Part shown: positions 51,477-63,585 of the stretch, one piece after another | Numbering within the stretch: the first letter of the stretch is position 1 | Layout of the letters: the number at the start of each line of letters is the position of its first letter | DNA from: a bacterium BMS3Abin02 | GTDB taxonomy: Bacteria; Actinomycetota; Acidimicrobiia; Spongiisociales; UBA4744 | NCBI GenBank assembly: GCA_002897675.1 | Contig: BDSU01000040.1 | Location: 5,201 to 69,200 of the forward strand | Direction: 5' to 3' | DNA length: 64,000 bases | The notes under the pieces: generated by a model | What the model was told of the DNA's origin: nothing | The model's database searches: none | The model's input: the letters and a program-made list of their open reading frames with translations, nothing else | Position numbers and translations under genes: made by a program

Positions 51477-51511
51477 ATTCCGTACTTCGTATTCCGTGCT
51501 TCGTGTTCTGT
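51477..51511. repeat. Degenerate heptamer tandem repeat, 5 copies
   Basis: attccgt acttcgt attccgt gcttcgt gttctgt. Confidence 0.65.
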
Positions 51512-51733
51512 ATCGCGGTGACCATCGATCCAGGACCGTGGGCGGAAGTAGCGGCTCCGCCGTGGCCAAGACACGGTCGTGCACTGCGTCGAGAGGAGAG
51601 ACGCGGCGGGTCGACCCCATGAACCTGCCGGGTTGACCTGTGTCGATGAGCGATGCACCGTCGCCGAGATGCCTTCCATGGATTGCTCGGCGGGTTCCTG
51701 GTGCCTTGGCCGGTGACGTTCGGGGCGTCGATA

Positions 51734-51788
51734 CCCTTCTTGCGTGAGGCCGCCCGCGCCATGGGCAGCCAGCTCACGCAAGAACGGG
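51734..51788. repeat. Intergenic palindrome, REP-like
   Basis: ttcttgcgtgag (51737-51748) / ctcacgcaagaa (51773-51784), with inner stem ccgccc/gggcag. Confidence 0.7.
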
Positions 51789-51849
51789 GGAAGGGGGCTG
51801 CTCGACGTTCCTGGCCGGCAGAACACCGCAAAGATTGCCGATCGAGACA

Positions 51850-52755
51850 CTAGCCAAGCGTGCCGAGTTTGCGGCCACGCGCCCATGCAGCGGCCTCCAT
51901 TCGTTTCCGTCCGGCGGGTTGCACTTCGAGCAACTCCAGGTCGCCTCGGGCCGTTCCAAGGAACACTGCTCCCTCGCGGACGGCAAGTCGACCGGGCTCG
52001 AGGTCGGGCCCACCCGATGCCAGGCGGGCTCGCCACACCTTTACTCGCTCGCCATCGTGGAAACCATAGGCACCTCCGCGTGCCGTGAAGGCACGGATCA
52101 CCCGATCGAGGACCTCCGCGGACATCGAAGGGTCGATCTTCATCTCGGACACGTCGATGCGCTTCGCGTAGGTGACGCCCTCGTCCGGTTGCGCTCGCGG
52201 TTGAAGCTCCCCACGAAGGTATGGCGGGAGTGTCTCGGCCAGAAGCTCTGCTCCGAGGTCGCCGAGCTCACTCGTGAGACATACCGCATCGAATTCGCTC
52301 TCGATCCGCATCCTTCGACTGGCCAGCAAGGGGCCCGTATCGAGTCCTTCGTCCAGCTGCATGATCGTTACTCCGGTTTCACGATCGCCGGCCAGGATGG
52401 CCCGCTCGACCGGAGCGGCACCACGCCACCGTGGCAAGAGCGAGAAGTGAACATTCACAAACCCCCTCGCAGGCATGGACAAGACATGCGGTGGGATGAG
52501 CATCCCAAAGGCAACCACGACCGCCACATCGGCCTCGGCCGAGTCGATGGTCGCAGCCAGGTCGGCCGATCGCTCCGGCTGGGATATGTCGATTCCGAGC
52601 TGCAACGCTGCCGTCTTGACCGGCGAGGGCCGCGGTTTTCGCAGGCGGCCGGCGCCTCGATCGGGTCGCGTGACGACCATCACGACCTGCTCGCGCAGAG
52701 TCCGCAACGTCGGGACCGCCGACGCGGGCGTGCCGAGGAAGACGATCCTGGTCAT
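51850..52755 (-). CDS. fmt: Methionyl-tRNA formyltransferase
   Basis: IVFLGTP, VVTRPD, NVHFSLLPRWRGAAP, GLDTGP. Confidence 0.95.
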   Translation of the reverse strand: MTRIVFLGTPASAVPTLRTLREQVVMVVTRPDRGAGRLRKPRPSPVKTAALQLGIDISQPERSADLAATIDSAEADVAVVVAFGMLIPPHVLSMPARGFVNVHFSLLPRWRGAAPVERAILAGDRETGVTIMQLDEGLDTGPLLASRRMRIESEFDAVCLTSELGDLGAELLAETLPPYLRGELQPRAQPDEGVTYAKRIDVSEMKIDPSMSAEVLDRVIRAFTARGGAYGFHDGERVKVWRARLASGGPDLEPGRLAVREGAVFLGTARGDLELLEVQPAGRKRMEAAAWARGRKLGTLG

Positions 52756-53249
52756 TGGTCGAGTCCCAGTGCCTCCTCGCGGAGATCTCGCAGCGCCTGT
52801 TTGCGAACTCTCCGTTCGAGACGCCCGATGAGCAGCATTCCCTCGAGATGATCGATCTCGTGCTGGAGCACTCGCCCGAGCAGTTCCTCGCCTGCGTACT
52901 CGACCACCTCGCCGAACTCGTCCAGCCCACGCGCCCGGGCAAACGCCGGCCGTTCGATCGGCCAGAATCGGTTTGGCACGGAAAGGCAACCTTCTTCGAA
53001 GACCCACTCGCCGGATGTTTCCAACAGTACCGGATTGATGAGTGCTTTCGGACCATCTCCCACGTCGAACACCACGACCCGTTTCGAAACGCCGATCTGG
53101 GGAGCCGCCAGCCCGACACCGGGCGCGTCGCGCATCGTTTCGATCAGGTCATCGACGAGGCGCCGGATGCTGTCATCGATCTGCGCGACCTCGCCGGCGC
53201 GACTTCTGAGCACCGGATCCCCGAACGTACGGATGGGAAAGATGGACAT
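52752..53249 (-). CDS. def: Peptide deformylase
   Basis: GVGLAAPQIG, EGCLS, QHEIDHLEG. Confidence 0.96.
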   Translation of the reverse strand: MSIFPIRTFGDPVLRSRAGEVAQIDDSIRRLVDDLIETMRDAPGVGLAAPQIGVSKRVVVFDVGDGPKALINPVLLETSGEWVFEEGCLSVPNRFWPIERPAFARARGLDEFGEVVEYAGEELLGRVLQHEIDHLEGMLLIGRLERRVRKQALRDLREEALGLDQ

Positions 53250-53264
53250 GCTCGCGAGCATAGT

Positions 53265-55034
53265 TCAGAGGTCGAGAGGGTCTACATCCAGTCGAACGGC
53301 GGCGCCTCCGTCGCGAAGCGTCTGCACGGCGGATCGGAGCAACGATCGCACGCCCGAGAGGTCACGACCCTGAATCAGCCAACGCAGCTTGCCTGATCGC
53401 CCGGCGGGACCCAACAAGGTCGCCCCGGTTCCGACGGCTTCCTGCAGCAGAGTCCGTGCATCCCGCGTTCCTCCGGTCACCTCGACGACGATCACCTCGC
53501 CGGCCGGTGGCAGCCCGAACTCCTGTCGGACCCGCAGCTCTCCCTCGAGAAACGGCAGCGGATCTCCGCTCCGCAGCGCAGCTATCACCGGATGGTTCGG
53601 CTGACCGGTCTGGACGATCAGGTGCCGACCGTTGCCGAAAGGGATGCTGACGGCAAGGCGCGCGAAGATGCGCAATGCCTCCTCCGCCGCGTTGTAGGCG
53701 CTACCGAGTATCAATCCGTCTGCGTCACCCACGACACCGAGTCCAACCCCTACGAGTGCGGGGATGTCACGTTCGGTGCCCACCCAGATCGGGGCTTCGC
53801 TGCCGACCGCACCGACGGCACCGTCCCCATGCGCACGACGCAAAGCCTCGGAGATCCTTCCGACGCCGGCTCCAAGCGGCTCGAATCGTCTCCCGCCACA
53901 GACCGTGCAGGACCCCAGCTCGGTTCCGCATCGGCTGCACTTGTCACCCGGCTCCGGCCTCGATCCGCACGAAGGACAACGGCGCAGCGTCTTGCACTTG
54001 ACACAGCGGAATGCCGGGGCATACCCGCGCCTGTGGCTGAACACGAATACTCTGACACCTCGGCCCAAGGCCCCGGCGATCGAGCTTCTCACCCGCCGGG
54101 CGAAGAGTCCACTTCCAGGCGGATCCTCCGTCCGATCAATGATCTCCACCGGGGGCCATCCTCGGGCCGAACGTCGCTGGACTTCAACACCCGACGCAAG
54201 CACGGTCGTGCTCGGCATGCTCCCCAGATACACGACGTTGAAGCGTTCCACGGAGGCCCGACGCCGGACGACCTCTCTCGCATGGACCGTGGGCGTTTGG
54301 CGGTCCCGCATCGCTCGGCGCCCTTCCTCGACGATCATTGCCAGCCGCAGCTGCTCGATCGGCCAGAACGCGACGCGGTGTGTTCCGACAACGACGTGTC
54401 CCGGCATCTCACACGCACGATCCCATGCGGCGGTGACCTCGCGGCGAGAGGCGTCCGGCAGCACCTCGACAACACGGGTGCCATACGCTTCACTCAGGAG
54501 AGCGCCATGGGTCGCGACCTCTGCTCCTGTCGGCAAGATGACCATTGCAGAGCCGCCTGAGCGAAGAACGGGTCCGACATTCAGGACGGCATCGGTCGAC
54601 TCTTCCCTGCCAACCAGCAAGTAGACGGCCCTCGTCCGGCGCCCGGCGGCTGCGGCGGAGATCGGCGCAGGTAGATCTCTTGGCGCTTCTTGCAGGACCG
54701 GGGGAAGCGCTTCTGCTTCCACGCCACCAGGCAGGTTCGGAGGTCCGGCGCGACGCAGCAGAGCCGCCAAGGGGGCGACATAGTGATGAGCCGCCCATCG
54801 CAACGTCTGCAAGAGATCTTCGGTAAAGATCGGCACCTCGGCCGACACCGCCTCGATCGTCTTCAGGCCCGAGGTTTCACCGGGCTCCACATCCACGACC
54901 CACCCGCGCACGACCCTTCGTCCCAGCGGCACACGCACAACGGATCCGATGGGGAGTGGTTGATCGGTCGCGTATCTGAACCCCTCATCGACAGCGTACG
55001 TGGGAAGATCGGGAACGACTCGCGCAATGCGCAA
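53265..55034 (-). CDS. priA: Primosomal protein N' (actinobacterial type, degenerate helicase motifs)
   Basis: N-terminal V.VPLG.R, RRGYAP plus CxxC zinc cluster, VQT..P.HP, LPP; no Walker A, and IVEEG in place of DEEH. Confidence 0.85.
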   Translation of the reverse strand: MRIARVVPDLPTYAVDEGFRYATDQPLPIGSVVRVPLGRRVVRGWVVDVEPGETSGLKTIEAVSAEVPIFTEDLLQTLRWAAHHYVAPLAALLRRAGPPNLPGGVEAEALPPVLQEAPRDLPAPISAAAAGRRTRAVYLLVGREESTDAVLNVGPVLRSGGSAMVILPTGAEVATHGALLSEAYGTRVVEVLPDASRREVTAAWDRACEMPGHVVVGTHRVAFWPIEQLRLAMIVEEGRRAMRDRQTPTVHAREVVRRRASVERFNVVYLGSMPSTTVLASGVEVQRRSARGWPPVEIIDRTEDPPGSGLFARRVRSSIAGALGRGVRVFVFSHRRGYAPAFRCVKCKTLRRCPSCGSRPEPGDKCSRCGTELGSCTVCGGRRFEPLGAGVGRISEALRRAHGDGAVGAVGSEAPIWVGTERDIPALVGVGLGVVGDADGLILGSAYNAAEEALRIFARLAVSIPFGNGRHLIVQTGQPNHPVIAALRSGDPLPFLEGELRVRQEFGLPPAGEVIVVEVTGGTRDARTLLQEAVGTGATLLGPAGRSGKLRWLIQGRDLSGVRSLLRSAVQTLRDGGAAVRLDVDPLDL

Positions 55035-55036
55035 AG

Positions 55037-56212
55037 TCAGCCTGCCTCCCTGGCCAGATCGCCGGCGACGTCGGTCGCCTCCCAAGGGAATCCTTCTCGA
55101 CCGAAATGGCCGTACGCAGATGTCGCCGTATAGATCGGCCGACGGAGACCGAACCGTTCGATGATCGCTTCCGGTCGAAAGTCGAATCGTTCCCTGACGA
55201 GCTCGTCGAGGGCCACGGGGTCGATGCGCTCCGTACCGAAGGTCTCTACGCGAATGGAGAACGGCCGGGCACGTCCGATCGCGTATGAGAGCTGCACCTC
55301 GCACTCCTCGGCCAAGCCGGCGGCCACCACGTTCTTCGCCGCATATCTCGCGGCATACGCCGCGGAGCGATCTACCTTGGTGGGGTCCTTCCCGGAGAAG
55401 CTTCCTCCCCCGTGACGGGCCGCACCCCCGTACGTGTCGACGATGATCTTGCGCCCCGTGAGGCCGGTATCGGCTTCAGGCCCGCCCACTTCAAACCTCC
55501 CCGAAGGATTGACGAGCAGCTCGAACTCTCCGGTGTTCAGCGAACCGTCGAGTGCAGGTCGAACGACCGCTTCCGTGAGCTCATCCTTCAGCCGCTCCTG
55601 AGAAACCCCCGGCTTGTGCTGGGCCGAGATCAGCACCCGGTGCACCGCGACGGGTTTGCGGCCCTCATACTCGACGGTCACCTGGGTCTTCCCGTCGGGA
55701 CCCAGATACTCGAGCGTCCCGTTCTTCCGGACTGCTGCCAGTCGCTCTGCGAGCCGATGCGCATACTCGATCGGAGCGGGCATGAGTTCCGGAGTTTCGT
55801 CGACCGCATAGCCGAACATGATCCCCTGATCTCCGGCACCGAGACGGTCCATGGGGTCGGTGGATCCGTTCCTCCACTCCAAAGACACGTCGACTCCACC
55901 GGCGATGTCGGGGCTCTGCACACCGATCAGGTTGTCGATCCGGCATGTTTGCGCAGAGAATTCCGCTGCGGAATCGTCGTATCCGGAAGCTGCGATTGCA
56001 CCACGGGCCGTCCTGTCGACGTCGATCCGGGCGCTGCTTCCGATCTCGCCTGCAACGAGGACCCTGCCCCGGGTGACGAGCGTTTCACAAGCGACGCGTC
56101 CCACAGGGTCCTGTCTGAGCACCTCGTCGAGTATCGCGTCGGAGATGCGATCGGCGACCTTGTCGGGATGCCCTTCGGTGACGGATTCAGAGGTGAAGAA
56201 CCAGGTGCGCAT
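55037..56212 (-). CDS. metK: S-adenosylmethionine synthetase
   Basis: [49 protein letters not shown]. Confidence 0.98.
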   Translation of the reverse strand: MRTWFFTSESVTEGHPDKVADRISDAILDEVLRQDPVGRVACETLVTRGRVLVAGEIGSSARIDVDRTARGAIAASGYDDSAAEFSAQTCRIDNLIGVQSPDIAGGVDVSLEWRNGSTDPMDRLGAGDQGIMFGYAVDETPELMPAPIEYAHRLAERLAAVRKNGTLEYLGPDGKTQVTVEYEGRKPVAVHRVLISAQHKPGVSQERLKDELTEAVVRPALDGSLNTGEFELLVNPSGRFEVGGPEADTGLTGRKIIVDTYGGAARHGGGSFSGKDPTKVDRSAAYAARYAAKNVVAAGLAEECEVQLSYAIGRARPFSIRVETFGTERIDPVALDELVRERFDFRPEAIIERFGLRRPIYTATSAYGHFGREGFPWEATDVAGDLAREAG

Positions 56213-56320
56213 CGCCGGGAGTATACGGTATCGACGTACCGTATTCGCGGTTCGGGCGGCCGCGAACAGGAAGCCGGCTCCGTGCGTGCCAACAGACCTG
56301 AACGCGTTCGTTCCGCCGGG

Positions 56321-57499
56321 CTATCGGGTTCGGCGCGGTCTCGCTCTCTCCGCGATGAGGTCCCAGAGACGCACGGCAACCTCTTGTTTCGGCATGAGCG
56401 GCCACGTGTCGATGGCACCGTCGGGATCGAGGATGCTCACCTGGTTGGTCCCGGTTCCGAATCCGGACCCCTCCGCGCTCACGTCGTTGGCAACGATGAA
56501 GTCGGCGCCTTTGTCGCGGGCCTTCTCGACCGCTGCCTCCGCCGGGCCCGTCTCGGCGGCGAATCCCACGAGGAAAGGTCGAGCCTCGAGCGCCGCGACC
56601 GCAGCGAGAATATCGGGCGTCCGGGTCATTCTCAGTAGCGGCGGGCCTTCTTTCCGTCGGAGCTTGTGATCGGAGGTCTCGGCCGGCTTGAAGTCTGCAA
56701 CGGCGGCAGCCATCACGGCCACATCGATCTCTGGAGCACGTTCCAGCACCGCTTCCGCCATTTCATCCGCGGTCTCGACCGTGACACGATCCACTCCCGG
56801 AGGTGTCTCGAGGGCCGACGTGCTCACCAACGTCACACGTGCGCCTCTTCGGGCGGCTTCCGCGGCGATGGCGTGGCCCATCTTCCCGGTCGAACGGTTG
56901 CCGACAAACCGGACAGGGTCGATAGGCTCCCGTGTGCCGCCTGCCGTCACGAGTACGTGCCATCCTGCAAGCTCGGGATTCATCATCGCCGAGAGGGCGG
57001 TGATGATCTCCTCAGGTTCGACCATCCTTCCCGGCCCTGTGTCCCCGCCGGCGAGCGCTCCGGAAGCCGGACCCACGAAACGGTAGCCATCGGCCATCAG
57101 TGTGGACACGTTCCTTCGTGTTGCCGCGTTTTCCCACATCTCGGTGTGCATCGCGGGAGCAAGGAGCACCGGGGAGCGCGTTGCCAGAAGCGTTGCCGAC
57201 AGGAGGTCGTCTGCCAGTCCGGCGGCCGCTTTGGCGATCGTCGTGGCGGTTGCAGGTGCAACCACGACACCTTCTGCCCACTGCGCAAGTTCGGTGTGCG
57301 GACTCACCCGACCGAAGAGATCGGTCAGGACCCGGTGGCCGGTCACCGCGGAGAAGCTCTGCGTACCAACGAAGCGCTGTGCAGCGTCGGTCATGACCAC
57401 CTGGACGTCTGCGCCCTCCTCGCCGAGTCGTCGAGCCAGGTAAACGGCCTTGTATGCGGCGATTCCTCCGGTAACTCCGAGCAGGATGCGCCGCTGCAT
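56321..57499 (-). CDS. coaBC: Phosphopantothenoylcysteine decarboxylase/ligase
   Basis: GVTGGIAAYKA, APAMHTEMW, TAGGTREPIDPVRF.GNRSTGKMG, GFAAET. Confidence 0.96.
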   Translation of the reverse strand: MQRRILLGVTGGIAAYKAVYLARRLGEEGADVQVVMTDAAQRFVGTQSFSAVTGHRVLTDLFGRVSPHTELAQWAEGVVVAPATATTIAKAAAGLADDLLSATLLATRSPVLLAPAMHTEMWENAATRRNVSTLMADGYRFVGPASGALAGGDTGPGRMVEPEEIITALSAMMNPELAGWHVLVTAGGTREPIDPVRFVGNRSTGKMGHAIAAEAARRGARVTLVSTSALETPPGVDRVTVETADEMAEAVLERAPEIDVAVMAAAVADFKPAETSDHKLRRKEGPPLLRMTRTPDILAAVAALEARPFLVGFAAETGPAEAAVEKARDKGADFIVANDVSAEGSGFGTGTNQVSILDPDGAIDTWPLMPKQEVAVRLWDLIAERARPRRTR

Positions 57500-57505
57500 G
57501 GGCAG

Positions 57506-57736
57506 CTAGTCCTCTGCGCGATCGATGACGAGCTTGCCCTCGGCGATCTCTTCGAACGCGATCGTCAACGCCTTGTGGCTCAACGTATGTACCTGCGGTG
57601 GAACGTAGTGGCCGATTCCTTCGCCCAACTGGTTGAAATAGGCGTTGATCTGCCGGGCGCGGCGGGAAGCGAGCACGACGAGATCGAACCGACCTCCTGC
57701 TACTTCGAGGAGGTCTTCGACTGGTGGTTGCATCAT
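57506..57736 (-). CDS. rpoZ: RNA polymerase omega subunit
   Basis: PPVEDLL, LV..ASRRARQIN.Y, KALTIAFEEI; gmk-rpoZ-coaBC order. Confidence 0.92.
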   Translation of the reverse strand: MMQPPVEDLLEVAGGRFDLVVLASRRARQINAYFNQLGEGIGHYVPPQVHTLSHKALTIAFEEIAEGKLVIDRAED

Positions 57737-58314
57737 GATGAGTCTGCTCTCGTGGGGGGTGCGGCAAGTATACGCAGGATCTGGGCGACTGTGTCCTCAA
57801 CCCGCCTGTTGACGACGACATGATCGAAGGTGTCTCTTGCATTGCTCAGCTGCCATGCCGCTATTTCGAGTCGTCGATCGATCTGTTCCGGGTCGGTATC
57901 TCCCCTCCCCCGAAGTCTCTCCTCGAGGGCCTCCATCGACGGAGGGGCCACGAACACCGTGATCGCCTCGGGGAACGCCGCTTTGACTTGCGCGGCACCG
58001 TTGACCTCGATGTCCAGCAACACGTCGTTGCCGGATGCGAGCTGCTCCAGCACGGGATCCTTGGGGGTCCCGTATTGATGTCCGGCGTATTCTGTCCATT
58101 CGAGGAGTCGGCCCGAGGACCGCAGACGGTCGAACGTCTCCGGGGTGACGAACCGGTAGTCCACCCCATCCACCTCTCCGGGTCGGCGCCGTCTCGTCGT
58201 GACCGAGACGGAAAAGAAGAAGGGATGTCGTTCGTGAAGTGCGGCCACCACTGTCGACTTGCCGACACCTGAAGGACCGGAAACGACGATGAGGCGCCCA
58301 CGATCGGTACTCAC
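57733..58314 (-). CDS. gmk: Guanylate kinase
   Basis: SGPSGVGKST, SVTTR..RPGEVDGVDY, YGTP. Confidence 0.96.
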   Translation of the reverse strand: MSTDRGRLIVVSGPSGVGKSTVVAALHERHPFFFSVSVTTRRRRPGEVDGVDYRFVTPETFDRLRSSGRLLEWTEYAGHQYGTPKDPVLEQLASGNDVLLDIEVNGAAQVKAAFPEAITVFVAPPSMEALEERLRGRGDTDPEQIDRRLEIAAWQLSNARDTFDHVVVNRRVEDTVAQILRILAAPPTRADSS

Positions 58315-58414
58315 GAGCTACTCGCGCCGACCCGGGATGCGTCGAGCGCTGAGGACGCCGCGGGCAACGATGCACGATCGTAGAGATGCGTGCCATGCAT
58401 TGCTCAGCGGGCTC

Positions 58415-58726
58415 CTAGGAAAACGTGTCGAGGAGAGCGGCACGCTGGCGTCCACCGAGGCCGCGCAGCCTCCTGCTCTCTGCGATTCCATGTGTCTCCA
58501 TGAGCCTCTTGGCCTTGACCTTGCCGGTACCCGGCAACGAGCAGAGCACGGCGTTGACCTTCATGCCTGCGACGATCGGATCTTCATCCGCCCGCTCCAG
58601 CAGTTCGGCGAACGTCACCGATCCGATCTTCAGGAGCTGTTTGAGTTCTGCGCGAACCCTGCGTGCCTCAACGGCCTTTACGAGTGCAGCCGCTCGCTGC
58701 TCATTGGTGAGTGAGGGAGGTGCCAT
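58415..58726 (-). CDS. mihF: Actinobacterial integration host factor
   Basis: P.LT.EQRAAAL.KA..ARR.RAELK, LPG.GKVKA, RRLRGLG. Confidence 0.94.
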   Translation of the reverse strand: MAPPSLTNEQRAAALVKAVEARRVRAELKQLLKIGSVTFAELLERADEDPIVAGMKVNAVLCSLPGTGKVKAKRLMETHGIAESRRLRGLGGRQRAALLDTFS

Positions 58727-58747
58727 GAGTCCGCACTCTACCAAGCC

Positions 58748-59437
58748 TCACATCGACGCGAGTATTCGACGGGCGGCGAGCACGGGTTCGGCGGCGCGGA
58801 TGATCGGACGACCAACCACCAAGAAGTCGGCGCCGTGCCGCATCGCCTCACGCGGGGTGGCAATCCTGGCCTGGTCATCCCTGGTGGCTCCGGGCTCTCG
58901 GATCCCGGGAGTGACCTTCACCAGATCGGGCGCCACCGTCGCGATGATCCCGAGTTCTCTCGCCGAACAGACGACACCTTCGCAACCGCTCTCGGCGGCC
59001 AGACAGGCCATGCGGGAGGTGAGACGTCCGGGAGACGATGCGATACCGACACCGTGCAGAGCTTCGTCGTCGAGGCTCGTGAGCACTGTCACGGCCAGGA
59101 TGCCGGCGTCTCTGCCGCTCGCACCGTCGGCGAGACCTTCCACGGCTGCTTCCATCATCGCCCGTCCTCCGGAGGCGTGCACGCTGATCCACCGGGCTCC
59201 GAGAGCTCCAAGCTGCCTCGCGGCGCGGCGAACAGTGGCCGGTATGTCGTGCAGCTTCGCGTCGGCAAAGATGGGGACGCCGTTCGCGCCGAGCATCGCG
59301 ATCGTCGCAGGACCAGGGCCGCTGAGCAGCTCCAGACCCACTTTGAAGCCGCCCACCTCGCCTTCGAGCATATGCGCCAGCCGTGCAGCTTGAGCGGCAG
59401 TCGCAACGTCGAGCGCCACGATCAGCGGGTTCACCAC
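58748..59437 (-). CDS. pyrF: Orotidine-5'-phosphate decarboxylase
   Basis: IVALD, FKVG, DAKLHDIP.TV, VTPGIR, DDQ.R, VVGRPI. Confidence 0.95.
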   Translation of the reverse strand: MVNPLIVALDVATAAQAARLAHMLEGEVGGFKVGLELLSGPGPATIAMLGANGVPIFADAKLHDIPATVRRAARQLGALGARWISVHASGGRAMMEAAVEGLADGASGRDAGILAVTVLTSLDDEALHGVGIASSPGRLTSRMACLAAESGCEGVVCSARELGIIATVAPDLVKVTPGIREPGATRDDQARIATPREAMRHGADFLVVGRPIIRAAEPVLAARRILASM

Positions 59438-60354
59438 GGTTTCACTCCTCCGACCAGTTCTCTCAACGTCTCACATTCCAACTCCCTCGCGAGACGGAGC
59501 ACCTCTCCAAGAATCCTGCTGCCGGCTCTCGGTTCCAGGAAGTGCACCGACCCGAGACCGACTGCCGATGCACCGGCCAAGAGATACTCGATCACGTCTT
59601 CCCCGCTCCGCACGCCTCCACAGCCAACGATCGGTGCGTCAGGTATCTCCCGGTGCACTTCGAGTACACAGGCGAGCGAAATCGGCTTCAACGGGGGCCC
59701 CGAGTAGCCGCCGATCAGCCCTGAGAGGATCGGCCGTCGGGTTCGCACGTCGATGCCCGCCCCTCTGACCGTATTCGTCAAGGTGAGAAAGTCTGCGCCC
59801 GCGTCCATGACGGCGCCTGCGACCCCAACGATATCCCCGGCATTCGGGGACAGCTTCGCTCCGATGGGGATGTCCACCGCCGACCGAACCTCCGCCACGA
59901 CTTCACCAGACTTCATTGCGTCGAGCGCGATGACTCCCCTCCCCTCGAGGTTTGGACACGAGAGGTTGATCTCCACCGCGCCGACCCCGGAACGAGCCAT
60001 CTCGGTCGCGACGAACGCGAATTCCCCAGGCGTATGCCCGACTGCGGAGCCCCAGACAGGAATCGGCACTCCTTCGATCTCGGACGCCATGGACAAGACC
60101 CAGGCCTCGATGCCCGGGTTCTGGATACCGATTCCGTTGAGCATCCCTGTCCCCACCGATCCCACGCGAGGTGCCGGACGGCCGGGCCATGGCTCGACGC
60201 TCACCGACTTGGCCACCGCGGCACCGTACGCCTCCAGTGCAGCCACCGCTACGAAGTCGACGACTGCTCCAAACGTGCCTGCCGCAGCGATCAACGGCGT
60301 GTCGAGGAGCAAGGGACCCAACCTGGTTGTCGTGTCGAGCGATGAAGTCATCAC
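59431..60354 (-). CDS. pyrD: Dihydroorotate dehydrogenase, class 1
   Basis: AAGTFG, MLNGIGIQNPG, EINLSCPN, KLSP, NT, GGYSGP.LKP. Confidence 0.92.
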   Translation of the reverse strand: MMTSSLDTTTRLGPLLLDTPLIAAAGTFGAVVDFVAVAALEAYGAAVAKSVSVEPWPGRPAPRVGSVGTGMLNGIGIQNPGIEAWVLSMASEIEGVPIPVWGSAVGHTPGEFAFVATEMARSGVGAVEINLSCPNLEGRGVIALDAMKSGEVVAEVRSAVDIPIGAKLSPNAGDIVGVAGAVMDAGADFLTLTNTVRGAGIDVRTRRPILSGLIGGYSGPPLKPISLACVLEVHREIPDAPIVGCGGVRSGEDVIEYLLAGASAVGLGSVHFLEPRAGSRILGEVLRLARELECETLRELVGGVKPW

Positions 60355-61599
60355 TTCGACCGGTAGGTCACGTCGCCGTTGTGCACCGTCGCCATCACAC
60401 GACCGGTCAGTGTTCGTCCCAGGAATGGAGAGTTCTCCGAACGTGAGGCGAACCGCCGCGGAGTCCACTCGACATCGGGAGCAAACACGACCACGTTGGC
60501 CGGCACGCCGGGCTCCAACCACCGCCCGTGCTCGCCGAGCCCTGCAACCTCGGCAGGCGCCACCGACATCCTCTCGAACAAGGAGACCGGATCCGGTGCC
60601 ACGAACGTTTGAACGACCGCTGCGGCCGTCTCGAGACCGATCACACCTCGTGGCGCCTCTTCGAACGGGACATCCTTTTCGGCCGCTGCATGTGGAGCAT
60701 GGTCGGTCGCCACCGCGTCGATCGTACCGTCCCGGAGAGCCTCGACGACAGCGACCACGTCCTCCGGGCTTCGAAGCGGCGGGTACATCTTGTACGCCGA
60801 GTCCATCCGTTCGATCTCGGTGTGATCAAGGGCAAGATGGTGCGGAGTAGCCTCCGCGGTCACCGGCAAACCTCGACGTTTTGCCGTTCGCACCAATTCA
60901 ACCGTGCCGGCGGTGGAAACGTGCTGCACGTGGTACCTGACGCCGGTGAGTTCGGCGAGCGCAAGATCCCTGGCAACGATCGTCTCCTCCGCGAGGGAAG
61001 GGATGCCCTGCATTCCGAGCCTCGAAGAGACGGCACCCTCGTGCATGTGAGCGTTGCGGGTCAACCCGGGATCCTCGGCGTGTTGGGCGACCGTTCCACC
61101 GAGGTCGGAAATGTACTCCATTGCATGACGCAGAAGTCCGGCGTCCTGCACGGTACTCCCGTCGTCGGAAAAGAGGCGCACACCGGCTTTCCACAGTTCG
61201 TCGAGATGCGCGAGGTGCTCACCGTTGCGTCCTAGCGTGATCGCCCCTGCAGGGATCACGTCCACGAGGCCGACTTCTCTCCCCCGTTCCTGGACATAGC
61301 GAGCGAGGTGTCCCGCATCGGTCGCCGGTTCGGTGTTCGCCATCGCCACGACGGCCGTGAATCCGCCGGCGGATGCCGACCTGGAGCCACTCTCGATGTC
61401 TTCCTTCCATTCCTGGCCGGGCTCACGAAAGTGAACGTGAAGGTCGACGAACCCCGGGCCCACGAGTGCTCCGCCACAGTCGATGACCTTCTCCGCGCGC
61501 AGTTGACCACCGACTTCGACCACTCGTCCTTCACGGATGAGCACATCCGCCACAGCCGGCCCGTCCGGTCCGAGAACGACGCCGCCTTGCAGCACGAGT

Positions 61600-61607
<8 letters not shown>
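60351..61607 (-). CDS. pyrC: Dihydroorotase
   Basis: PGFVDLHVHFREPG, FSDDG, HVST, ATDHAPH. Confidence 0.95.

Positions 61608-63581
<1,974 letters not shown>

Positions 63582-63585
<4 letters not shown>

Noticed and set aside
51590..51660. Aquaporin-like fragment VNPAGSWG on the minus strand
   Set aside because: Short match without hydrophobic helices; likely chance
56213..56320. SAM riboswitch upstream of metK
   Set aside because: No SAM aptamer motifs; TATACT 7 nt before ATG suggests a leaderless transcript
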